Source of the DNA: Macrostomum lignano
Taxonomy: Eukaryota
Direction: 5' to 3'
NCBI GenBank assembly: GCA_002269645.1
Contig: NIVC01001463.1
Coordinates: forward strand, 186,001 to 250,000
DNA length: 64,000 bases
The translations under genes were made by a program, and so were the position numbers. Under the pieces are notes generated by a model. The model made no database searches. It saw nothing but the letters and a program-made list of their open reading frames with translations, and was not told where the DNA came from. Below are positions 1-11,608 of this stretch, piece after piece; the stretch's first letter is position 1; each line of letters opens with the position of its first letter.

Positions 1-3000
1 GGCTCCGTTTGATTCTCTCGCTCCTGCATGAATTCAAAATAATTGCTGCTTGATTAGACTGTAATTGGCCTGTTTTAAATTACTATAAGATTAGATAATT
101 GAAGATAACGAAGCTATAATGAGTATCCTCTAAATTGAAAAACTAAGAGGGCTGTTTAACATTATTTAAGCCTGTATTTTTCGATAATTAGATTATCACT
201 TCAGTGAAAATATAGAGAAAAAGTGCGATTCATACTACTTAAAAAAGTTAACTCACCCGAAGTGGATTATTGTAGGTCTGTGTGGCTCGCTCGCAGAAGT
301 TAAACTGATTTGTCAGCTTCTTGCCAGATGCAGCTGGGGCCGGAGCGTCTTCATCCTGGAAGGTATTAGATAATTGAGATCACGGTCTGTTTAGTAAAAT
401 TCCATTGCCAACGTACTATTTATTAACTAAGAAATAAGCATAGACTGTGCACTATGCCACACAATTGGCCAGTGGTTTCAAAAAATGAAATAAAATAACA
501 ATGAAAATTTCCTTAAGCCGATCGATCAACATGAGGGAATGTTTTGTTTGAAAAAAGAACGTTCTAAATAAACAAAACCAACCATATCTTCGTCAGTCGC
601 CTGAGAAATGGTGAAATTAGAGTAATGTATTTGTTTCTTTTGCATCGAAAAGATAGCTATTTAAATGCGACAGGGTTCTAGTTGCAGAGATATCATAGAG
701 AATTTCTATGCGCTTTTGAAATAGCTCTAAAAAGCTTACCCCCTCTTCTTTCGGAGGCGCCTCGCCTTCGCTCGCTTCAGCGGCTTCATCGATTGGCTCT
801 GCGAAAAAGAGGAGATCCATCTAATTATCTTCTCATAGGATAATTAAGTTTTAAAATGGAATATTCGGACCAAAGAAAACAAAAAGAAAATCTTCCCTAT
901 AGAAAAATTCCAAAATTAGAAAAAATTTTCTTTTTTCTACTATGTTACGACTTATTTTTTTATTAAAAAAATTGATGGGCGATGTGTACACACGTTAAAA
1001 TTAGATTATAAAAACTGATTATTTTTTAATACTATAAAATCCTCTTTTAAAATTTAAAGACTTAAATTTATCCATAAGTTTTATGAAAAGATTTAATCAT
1101 ATTTCATTTTCTCTCTCGCAGAATTTTAGTCTATGGTCCTACGCTCTCACGCAAAGTTCTGTTTCTATTTCTTCCAAGGACGACTTAAGTAGAAGGACGG
1201 GAAACCTCGTTTCTTAGAAAATTTTTGAAGGCACTTTTTCCCGAAAAAATACACTACGGAGATAGGAAATTTTCATTTTTTCAGCACAAAAATTGCTATT
1301 ACTTTTGATAGGAGGCAGATCCAGTGCTCATCTTTTGATATTTTTTGCCTTTTTTATTGCTCTATCGATATTTATAAAGCTTTTCGTTCAGAAAATTAGG
1401 ATTCTATGTCAATTTTTTATTCTACGTACATTTCCTGTATCTGAAAATCACAAAAATGCATGACACAGCTCCAATATTTGGTTTTATGAACCTATTTTAT
1501 CATCTCTGTTACGAATATTTGCTAAACAGTCAGTTAAGAATGATAAAATAGACTTATAAAACCAAAGAGCACGGCTCTAATGTATTAAATGTAATGTATT
1601 TATAATGCATTCTAATGTATTTCAATCACAAGACACGTGAAAATATACGGAGAATAAAAAAATTTACATAGAATCCTAATTTTCTGAACGAAAAGCTTTA
1701 TAAATATCGATAGAGCAATAAAAAAGGCAAAAAATATCAAAAGATGAGCACTGGATCTGCCTCCTATCAAAAGTAATAGCAATTTTTGTGCTGAAAAAAT
1801 GAAAATTTCCTATCTCCGTAGTGTATTTTTTCGGGAAAAAGTGCCTTCAAAAATTTTCTAAGAAACGAGGTTTCCCGTCCTTCTACTTAAGTCGTCCTTG
1901 ATTTCTTCCTGCAGTTTTAGTCTATGGCCTTACTCTCTCACCCAAATGTTTCTATTTCTTCCTGCAGTTTTAGTCTATGGCCCTACTCTCTCACCCAACT
2001 GTATCTATTTCTATTTCTTCCCACAGAGTTTTAGCCTATGGTCCTACTCTCTCACCCAACTGTATCCATATCTTCCCACAGAGTTTTAGTCTATGGTCCT
2101 ACTCTCTCACTCAACTGTATCTATTTCTTCTTGCAGTTTTAGTCTATGGCCCTACTCTCTCACCCAACTGTATCTATTTATTCCTGCAGTTTTAGTCTAT
2201 GGCCCTACTCTCTCACCCAACTGTATCTATTTCTTCCCACAGAGTTTTAGTCTATGGTCCTACTCTCTCACCCAACTGTATCCATATCTTCCCACAGAGT
2301 TTTAGTCTAGGGTCCTACTCTCTCACTCAACTGTATCTATTTCTTCTTGCAGTTTTAGTCTATGGCCCTACTCTCTCACCCAACTGTATCTATTTCTTCC
2401 CACAGAGTTGTAGTATATGGCCAATCTATTACATAACTTTCCTTTAGTCTTTAAATTTATCAGTTTCGGAACTTGAATTCTCTAGAAATTGAAGCTAAAA
2501 CATTTCTCTCTATACTCACCTCTCGCAGCATCGCCGCTCTTCTTCTCCAACTGCTTCTTGGCCTCGTCGGATTCGCGATGGATGAGGTTGCCCTCCATCA
2601 CAAAGTGAACGGCCAGCTGGTCAACCTGGGGTATTGGCTTATATTGGCGGTCCTTGAAACTGTAGCGCACAATATTCTGGGGCGCATGCGGATTGTTGGC
2701 CGTTAGAATTCTGGTGAACTCCTCCTTAAGCTCCTGATCAGTCAGCTGGAGCTGATCGTCCGGCTTCTGCGCCTTGCCGCCGCCGAACATATCTTCGCCA
2801 AAGTCCATCACGGAGTGGCTGCCGGTCTCGCTGTCGCGTCTGCGAGACGCTCGCGCCGCTTGAGTCGGCGGCTGTGGTAAGAAAAACAAATAGGATTTAA
2901 ATTGTATGTAAGTGAAATTTTTTTAATTTAAATTTTGCGATATGATAAATTTTAAATAAAACTCAGTGAGGCATGTAAATACGGGCTAATTCATATCTGG

Positions 3001-3473
3001 CAATTTCTCCAAGGATTAAATAAGCTTTTATGTTGGCCTTCTGTACGATGCCCATATGACTGAAAATAAATATTTATATTTTTAATATACTGTATTTATT
3101 CACTGACATACTTAGTCTCATTTTAAAAAATACCTTGGCTTCTAAAGATATGACAAAATCAGCAAAGCTTTATTTCAAAACCTATATAGGCATGCAATAG
3201 TCAAGAGATTTAAATTGAAGGCTGTACTTGGAGTTCGATTCAATTTATATGTAAAAGAGAACTCCATTAAAAAATTCTGAATAATGCTCAAGTTTACTGA
3301 AAAAGCGAAAACGTATTTGCAATTTAATCTCAACATGAAAATATAACTACGAGTACTTTTACCTCCGGCGCCAATCAAAGTAGAATGGAAAGTGACAACA
3401 TCATTAAACATTTTTGAAAAGTTAGACAAACCTTTGGCTTCGATGCTGCGGCGGCTGGCTTTGGGTTCGGCAT
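1..3473 (-). CDS. DNAI1: Axonemal outer-arm dynein intermediate chain 1, 5' part (continues beyond window start)
   Basis: Exons joined in frame at GT-AG sites: 3473-3432 ([14 protein letters not shown]), 2871-2520, 798-740, 355-257, 23-<1. Peptides [45 protein letters not shown] and ERENQTEP are typical of the DNAI1/IC78 N-terminus. Confidence 0.93.
1122..2410 (+). repeat. Intronic minisatellite, ~53-55 bp unit (AGTTTTAGTCTATGGCCCTACTCTCTCACCCAACTGTATCTATTTCTTCCTGC), ~10 units, first unit interrupted by a MITE
   Basis: Unit recurs at 1122-1174 and in tandem at 1911-2410; it explains the repetitive ORFs at 1898-2447. Confidence 0.9.
1175..1900. mobile_element. Non-autonomous foldback DNA transposon (MITE), ~240-bp TIRs, 8-bp TSD (hAT or P superfamily)
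   Basis: Starts CAAGGACGACTTAAGTAGAAGG at 1175 and ends with the reverse complement at 1900. Inverted arms run ~1175-1413 / ~1651-1900. ATTTCTTC is directly repeated at 1167-1174 and 1901-1908. Confidence 0.92.
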
Positions 3474-3580
3474 TTCGGACGTCTGTTATGATCGGCTACG
3501 GTGGGATGAAAGTGTCCGACGCTGACGACTCCGACTCTAACGGGCCAAAAAGTGAAGATAAATTCCAGTCAAATTAAAAT

Positions 3581-3593
3581 ATTACTTAGCAAC
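3581..3593. promoter_or_regulatory. Candidate RFX X-box in the DNAI1/CFAP206 divergent promoter
   Basis: ATTACTTAGCAAC has one mismatch to the GTTRCY-N-RGYAAC X-box and lies 108 bp upstream of the DNAI1 ATG, between two motile-cilia genes. Confidence 0.45.
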
Positions 3594-4501
3594 AAGCTAA
3601 CTTAAAAAAGTAGAAAAATCAGATAAAAGAAGTATAGAAAAGTTCTTTTTAGCTTTGCTTCTTACTTGAAAATATTTTTTATTATGACTTTCTACTCAGT
3701 TTAAAGTTTTTTGTTATAATCGTTAGTGCTAACCATTTCTACCGAGGCTACAAAAGTTTGAATTTATAAAAATAACCGTTTTACATTTCATTGCAGCTTG
3801 CAGGTGACAACAGAAATCTTATCATAACCTATATGGTATTTTTACGCTTTATGGATTCATTAACTTTAATTCTAAAAAACTGCTTTCATTTATCTGCTAG
3901 GCATCAGATTGTATTATTCACCTAGAATAAAAGGTTTATTTGAATATTTTTGCAGTCTTTTCTATGTAAATAAAAAAATATCCAGTCACCTTTATATCGA
4001 AATATTCCACCGTGTATGGTTGAATTTGCTTCATATGTCCAATGCTTCATTATTACTGAAATTGTTATAAATTTTCATATTATAGACACACAGTTTTTTC
4101 CTGGAAAATTATTTTCATCACATTTAATATTTTAGGTTTTGTCACTATGAATATAAAAACCAAAAACAATGATGCAACCAATTTTTGTAGCTGCATGCTA
4201 AAGTAAAAATACGTGAATAAATACATACGCTTGTACCAATAATAAAATTTAATGTTGAAAGTTTATGCCATGACGGCATGAGCGATTCTTCTCTTTGTGC
4301 CATACTTAGATTTTTTTATAAAAAAGCAATTTTAAATATTTCAACACTTCTAATTCTTAGCTCGATGTAAGCTATATATTTCCCAGCTAAAGAAAAAATT
4401 TAGCTGCCGAAATTTACAAACTTAAGCTTCAGTAAAAGAAAAAATACTTTATAATTTTTTTTCTGTGAAACTCCACACGCCCGATTTTTTCTGCCAAGAA
4501 A

Positions 4502-7500
4502 ATGTCGCGCGCACAGGCCGAGAGCGTCATCAAGAACATCATCCGCGAGATCGCACAGCAGTGCGCCTCCCGCGGCCAGGCCGTGTCCGAGACGCTCGTG
4601 GCCTTCATGGTGAAAGCTGTGGTGCTGGATCCCACGAATGACTTCAGCACGGACAAGACACTAACCAGGGACGACGTGCAGAAGCTGATCAAACTGTGCG
4701 TCGACAAGCTGATGGACACGAAGTCGCCGTCGCTGGACACCATCAAGATGCAGGTATTCTTCGACATGAACTACACGGCTAGGCGGGAGTTCCTCGAGGA
4801 GCACCATCGCATCATGAAGTCGCGCCTGATGCCGGTGATGCGCGAGATCACGGATTCGCGGGCTCGAACTCGGGACGAGTTGGACAGCCTCTACAGGAAG
4901 ATCGTGTCGGCTGTGCTGCTCCAGTCGGGTCTCGGTTCGCCAACCGACATCAACGTGGTGCGCGAGGCCACCGCGGCGCTGCAGTCGGTGTTCCCGCAGT
5001 CCGAACTGGGCGCTTTCATGCAGATGCCGCGCAAAGACAAAGAGCGTCACCTGCAGGAGCTCACCGCCATCGTTAGCGGCATCCGACTATTCAACAAAGA
5101 CTGCGGCAAAGGCGGCGAAGGTATCGACGATCTGCCGTCGTTTCTCAACGAAGGCATCCCGGCCACCACGCACAGCTTGGACGAGGAGATCGGCCGGGTG
5201 CAGGAGACGGCCGCACAGTATGCGGCGCTGATCGAGAGCCTGGCCGTGAAGGCGCAGAAGCCCGGCGCTGATGTCGGCCTGTCGCTTGAGCTGCTGCGCG
5301 AATCGCTGATCAACTGTCGCCAGGCCGAAGTCTTTCTCAAAGTGCTGCTGAGCGACGTTATCCGCTCGGCGGATCAAGTTGAGCAGCTGATGCAGCAGCT
5401 GCAGGCCAGGCTTGAGCAGCTGCAGAACACTGTGCAGAGCAAAACTGCGGTGCCAACGGCTCAGGTCTATCCGCAGTTTGTGCACCTGTCCGAGATCTGG
5501 AGCGGATTTCAGGTGAATTAAAAGTTTTTTTAAGGTCGAGGTATTCCGATATGGTGTGTGATTGTGGCCTATAATGTAGAAGAAGGTGCAGAAATGTGCA
5601 AGGGGAGCTAAATTACTTGAAGTAGGTTTTAGCGTCAAGGATTGGGCCACAATAGGGAATCGGTGTCAAGGGGGGGGAGGCACAATAGGGCATCGGTGTC
5701 AGGATGGGGGGCACAATAGGGCATCGGTGTCAGGATGGGGGGCACAATAGGGCATCGGTGTCAGGATGGGGGGCACAATAGGGCATCGGTGTCAGGGGGC
5801 GCCAGAATGTGGTTACTGGAGCCAGGTGTCGGTAAGGCTACCCTCCCGTAAAAATCATCACAACAACCGCCACCCCGATGCCCTCCGTGCCCCAGGACGA
5901 GATGGTCCTGCTGTCCGTGCTGACCAACATCCTCAACAATCTGGACGCATTCAGCCGCGTCCACCGCGACCTATTCAAGCCGGACATTGTGGCGCCATTC
6001 CTAGAAGAGGCCGGCGAAGTTCGCTCCGACCAGCAGCGGCTGGAGGCTTCATCCGATCCCGCTGAACGAGTTAATCCGGCCGATTTCCGCGACCGGGAAT
6101 GGCTGTTCCCGGAGACTACGAAGAACTACAGCCGGCTGCCCGTGATGTACCGCGGCTACTGCGCCTGGGCCCTGGTGGTCTTCGACCGACTGCTGATCCC
6201 CGGCAATCCCAGCGTTGGCATCCTGCACTACCGCAACAACTATTTCATCTTCTCGAGCCGGAAGGCCGCCTACGAGTTCGCCAACCAGCCGGACGAGTTC
6301 ATCACCAGCGTGGCCAACACGGCCAGGCGGAGCCCCGAGCTCATCCAGATACTCGAGCTGCACAGCCAGTTCGCCGCGCTCACCCCGCACTCCCAGGTTA
6401 GGGGGGATTGATTGGTGGGAGAGGGAGAGAGGGGTAGAGAAGAGAGGGAGAGAGGAGAGAAAAGGAAGATAGGGAGATGGGAGAGAGAGAGAAGTAGATA
6501 GGGACAGAGGAAAGAGAGAAGTAGATAGGGATGAGGAGAGAGAAGGTAGATCGGGAGATATGAGACAGAGAAGTAGATAGGTAGATGGGAGAGGGAGAAG
6601 GTAGATTGGGAGATGGGAGAGGGAGAAGGTAGATAGGAAGATAGAAGATAGAGAAGGTACATGGTGAGAGTTGAGAGAGAGAAGGTAGATAGAGCAGAGG
6701 AGAGACGCGAATGGAATTGGGGTGAGTGAGTGGAGAGGCCCCGCCAAACCAATTGTCAGTAGATCTTTCTAGCCTTGGTGTCTATGACTCAATGACTCAT
6801 ACTTTGCTCAAATGTACTTTTACTCTAACCACGGGCCAGAAAATTCCAAGAATAGTGAGGTATAGAGCAGAAGTAACTATACATAATTTCAAGACTCTGA
6901 TTCCCTCATCTAAATATTTAACATTGAAATTATTCAATAACTGCCTTTCAGTCTCGGGACGCTGGCAAGATGATCGAGAAGCCGGTTACAAAGTGCGACG
7001 CCCAGACAGAGACCGACACGCACTTTATGGACACTAATATTGTCAAGTCGTACGAGTGGAACGAGTGGGAGCTGCGCAGGAAGGCGATTAAGCTTGTAAG
7101 CCTATTCGATCTTATTGCATCACATACATATCTACTTTTATACCGCACTCTATTTTTCAACCTAGATTTGTCCCGTAAAAATCCAGCCAAGCTCTCTTCT
7201 ATCCTCTTTGGTTATAACTTTTTTTTTCTATCCTATCCTATTCTATACTATCCTTTTTATTCTATTTTCTCCTATACTTTTCTATCAAATCCTATTTTAT
7301 CCTATTCAGACCTATTTATATTTTATTCTAACCTTTTATTTAATATCCTACTCTACCTTATCCGATCCTATCCTAGTCTATCATATTCTATCCTATTCTA
7401 TTCTACTCTATTCTATCAAATTCAACCCTATTCTACCCTAATCAATCTTATTCTATCCTATTGTTTCCTACCCTACAGACAGAATCACAAAAATGTTCAT

Positions 7501-7856
7501 ATTTCTACTCAATCAGTAGTATAATCGCCTAATGCGTTTGTCACGTATTTCATAAAAAAACCATTTAACCCCCTATCCTATTCTACGCTCAGGCGAACCT
7601 GCGCACTAAGGTGACCCACTCGCAGCAGACCAACCTGAGCAACCTGCGCCGGGACAACGTGGCCCAGGTGTACCCGCCGAAGGACCAGGAGACGCAGACT
7701 AAACGAGACGGGCACACCAGCGTGCCGAAGCCGTCGGTGTTCTACGCCGGGCTCCGCGGCATGGGCATGAGCGAGCCGACCGATGTGGACAAGCTGGACC
7801 TGACCGTGCCAGTTGAGCAACAGGTGTTGGGTAGCAACAATGGCCGGCCGAGCTGA
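4502..7856 (+). CDS. CFAP206: Cilia- and flagella-associated protein 206
   Basis: Exons 4502-5512, 5896-6396, 6952-7095, 7593-7856, all phase 0 GT-AG. Motifs MSRAQAESVIKNIIREI, SYEWNEWELRRKAIKLANLR and RRDNVAQVYPPKD are characteristic. Confidence 0.95.
5660..5800 (+). repeat. Intronic 31-bp minisatellite (GGGGGGCACAATAGGGCATCGGTGTCAGGAT), ~4 units
   Basis: Direct tandem copies in CFAP206 intron 1. Confidence 0.85.
6420..6720 (+). repeat. Purine-rich (GA/GATA-like) low-complexity tract in CFAP206 intron 2
   Basis: Almost only G and A; source of the spurious S/L/P ORFs on the minus strand. Confidence 0.8.
7200..7480 (+). repeat. Pyrimidine-rich (TATTC/TATCC)-like low-complexity tract in CFAP206 intron 3
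   Basis: Degenerate CTATT/CTATC pentamers; source of the I/L/F/Y/S-rich ORFs. Confidence 0.75.
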
Positions 7857-8687
7857 ACTTAATTCAACTTGTTGTCTCCTGACTAAAAAAATTATTTGAA
7901 GATAACTTTCAATACATATAAATATAAACGATAAACTATGGCTCGCTACTTACAGTAGGATAATTTGCGCTTAACTACTTTTCTTACACTTCGTGATGAA
8001 ATTATTGCATGGCAAAAGTGTTTTTTCAGCACCCGACTAAATAAATAAGATTCGGGAAGAAAGTCTAAATGCTTATTGAAACGTAAAAATTAATTAGAAA
8101 TGTTTTAGTTGACTATTTTTGTAGCCATTAATTACATAGGTCGAATTGGAATCAACGAATTTCGACACAAAAATTGAATTTAAAAATCAAGTGCCGTGTA
8201 ACTATTCTGTAGGTGCAATATGGGAAACTACCAAGCACATTCGTGATGTATTTCTAGTTTAACATGATAGTTAATAGTTTATGCTTGGCTTCAAACTATA
8301 ATGTAGCTCGTAGCTAAAGCTATAATGTACTTTTACCGCACCTACTCAGAAGGAAGTTGCATGAAAAATGTGCAGCTTGCGGCACCTGCGCTGCCGGTCT
8401 CATTGAATTTGACATCGCCTTCCACCTCTCTTGGCTCCCAGTGCGGGGCTGCCAAAGCCACTGGGATTCTGAAAAACGGATTTCAGACCACACAAAGGGA
8501 GAACAGCGGGCTGGGCGCTCCAATCAGGAGCGGGAATCGGGCTCACCGCTTTGACACTGGGGCTATTGTGGGGCATTGCGTGCCGAGCCTATGGGATGAG
8601 GGATCAAGTCACGCAGCTGGCTGTGCATAAATTCCTAAACTGCTGCCAGACTACCTGCACTGGTCTGACGTGCAGTCACTAATACTC

Positions 8688-9624
<937 letters not shown>

Positions 9625-9634
9625 AAGGGAGGCC

Positions 9635-9943
9635 ATGTCCTCAGCCTACAACTACAAAGCCAGCGCTGTCCAGCTGCCCAGCTACAGCAGCGCTGATCGG
9701 TTGCCGTCGGCTCGAAACGGCGCCGGCCCGGGGAAGCCGACAAACGACGGCTCCGGGAGCGCCATCGACAGACGGCAGGCACCGGCAGGGCCGAGACGGC
9801 GAGAGTTCGAAGAGAAGCAGCTGACCGACTCGGCCGCGGTGGAGAACTCGTCCCAGCAGGAGCAGCAAAAGAAGAAATCGCAGGAGCAGAAGAGAATCGC
9901 AGCCGAAGTCAAGATGACCATTGACGACTTGGAGCTGCTGTGA
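9635..9943 (+). CDS. Orphan 102-aa ORF (single-exon gene or terminal exon), product unknown
   Basis: GC-rich third positions like the real exons; ATG in GCCATGT context; TGA-TGA stop; AT-rich 3' flank with AATAAA near 10078. Confidence 0.55.
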   Translation: MSSAYNYKASAVQLPSYSSADRLPSARNGAGPGKPTNDGSGSAIDRRQAPAGPRRREFEEKQLTDSAAVENSSQQEQQKKKSQEQKRIAAEVKMTIDDLELL

Positions 9944-10244
9944 TGAAGCATAAAATTCTGATAATTTTAAACGCTGGCCGTATTAACTAAACGGTTATAT
10001 GTAAAAATTATGAGTAGGATTATGATTCACGGGTAGCCGGTGTCTAATGACCGGTCAGACTACGGCTTGCTAAAAATAATAAATTAAATCTGTCAACAGT
10101 TGAAATTACCAGTTTAAATTTTTTGTTGGTTGTTATGCTGGGTGCATTTGAGTTGATTTTGTGAACTATGAGGAAATAGAAAAAGCTTGTAAAGAGTACT
10201 TTGGTAATTTTATGCTTACCTTAGTAGTACATGCAGAAGTGGCT

Positions 10245-10730
10245 ACTCCCCTACGGTACTCACCCTCCTCTACGGTTCCCACCCTCCCCTACATTTCCCA
10301 CCCTCCACTACGGTTCCCACCCTCCCCTACGGTTTCCACCTCCCCTATGGTTCCCATCCTCCCCTACGGTATCCATCCTCCCCTACGGTACCCATCCTCC
10401 CCTACGGTTCCCACCCTCCCCTACGGTATCCATCCTCCCCTACGGTTCCCACCCTCCCCTACGGTTCCCACCCTCCCCTACGGTACCCATCCTCCCCTAC
10501 GGTTCCCATCCTCCCCTACGGTATCCATCCTCCCCTACGGTTCCCACCCTCCCCTACGGTTTCCACCTCCCCTACGGTTCCTGCACCCTCCCCTACGGTT
10601 CCCACCCTCCCCTACGGTTCCCACCCTCCCCTACGGTGCCCACCCTCCCCTACGGTTCCCATCCTCCCCTACGGTTCCCACCCTCCCCTACGGTTTTCAA
10701 CCCTCCCCTACGGTTTCCACCCTCCCATGG
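10245..10730 (+). repeat. C-rich ~21-22 bp minisatellite (CCTCCCCTACGGTTCCCAC/T)
   Basis: About 22 tandem units; source of the PPLRFPPSPT ORFs. Confidence 0.92.
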
Positions 10731-11009
10731 AAACACGGAACGTAGCTAAAATCAATGCGCTAAAATGTTAAACTGCATATCCACCAATTCAGATCAATAA
10801 TTCAATCCTTTAGAAATCGCAGCGCGCAGTCTGAGTAATTCTCTCGAGACTGAATCCACCGGCTCTCTGGCTGATTGCTAGTCGGAAAATAAATAATTCA
10901 ATGTGAAACGGCGGAAACTGGCGATGCAAGGTAAGTAATCCTTCTGTGAGGTTCTGCCTGTCTGAGCAGCACTAAATCTAATGTTCTCAATGCGACTCAC
11001 AGTAATTAT

Positions 11010-11362
<353 letters not shown>

Positions 11363-11585
11363 CCTATACCCCGCCATACAAGACTCATTATACTTTTAAT
11401 AATCAAAACTAATAATAGTAGGCCTCATTTGCGATGTTAGTATGCTACTTCATCAACTAGAATAGCAAAGTTAACACGTAACATTTGTTGTATTTCTTTC
11501 GACTGCTTTTCATTTTATGAAGCTTCTCAGCTTGTTAGATATTTCGCAAATTTAACCAATTAGTCAGTAAACAATAAAATGAACG

Positions 11586-11598
11586 GTTGCTAGGCAAC
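11586..11598. promoter_or_regulatory. Canonical X-box (RFX) motif GTTGCTAGGCAAC
   Basis: Exact match to GTTGC-TAG-GCAAC, 11 bp past the stop of the Cys-rich gene; function unproven. Confidence 0.35.
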
Positions 11599-11608
11599 AA
11601 GGATCGCA

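Noticed and set aside
4429-6401. Antisense and alternate-frame ORFs over the CFAP206, EXTL3, GMPR and retroelement exons
   Set aside because: Shadow ORFs of GC-rich coding sequence.
8320-8630. Short overlapping ORFs in a GC-richer patch
   Set aside because: No codon bias or recognisable domain; likely TE debris.
10920-10936. ATG CAA G|GTAAGT as a possible first exon
   Set aside because: No phase-compatible downstream plus-strand exon found; the hexamer is expected by chance.
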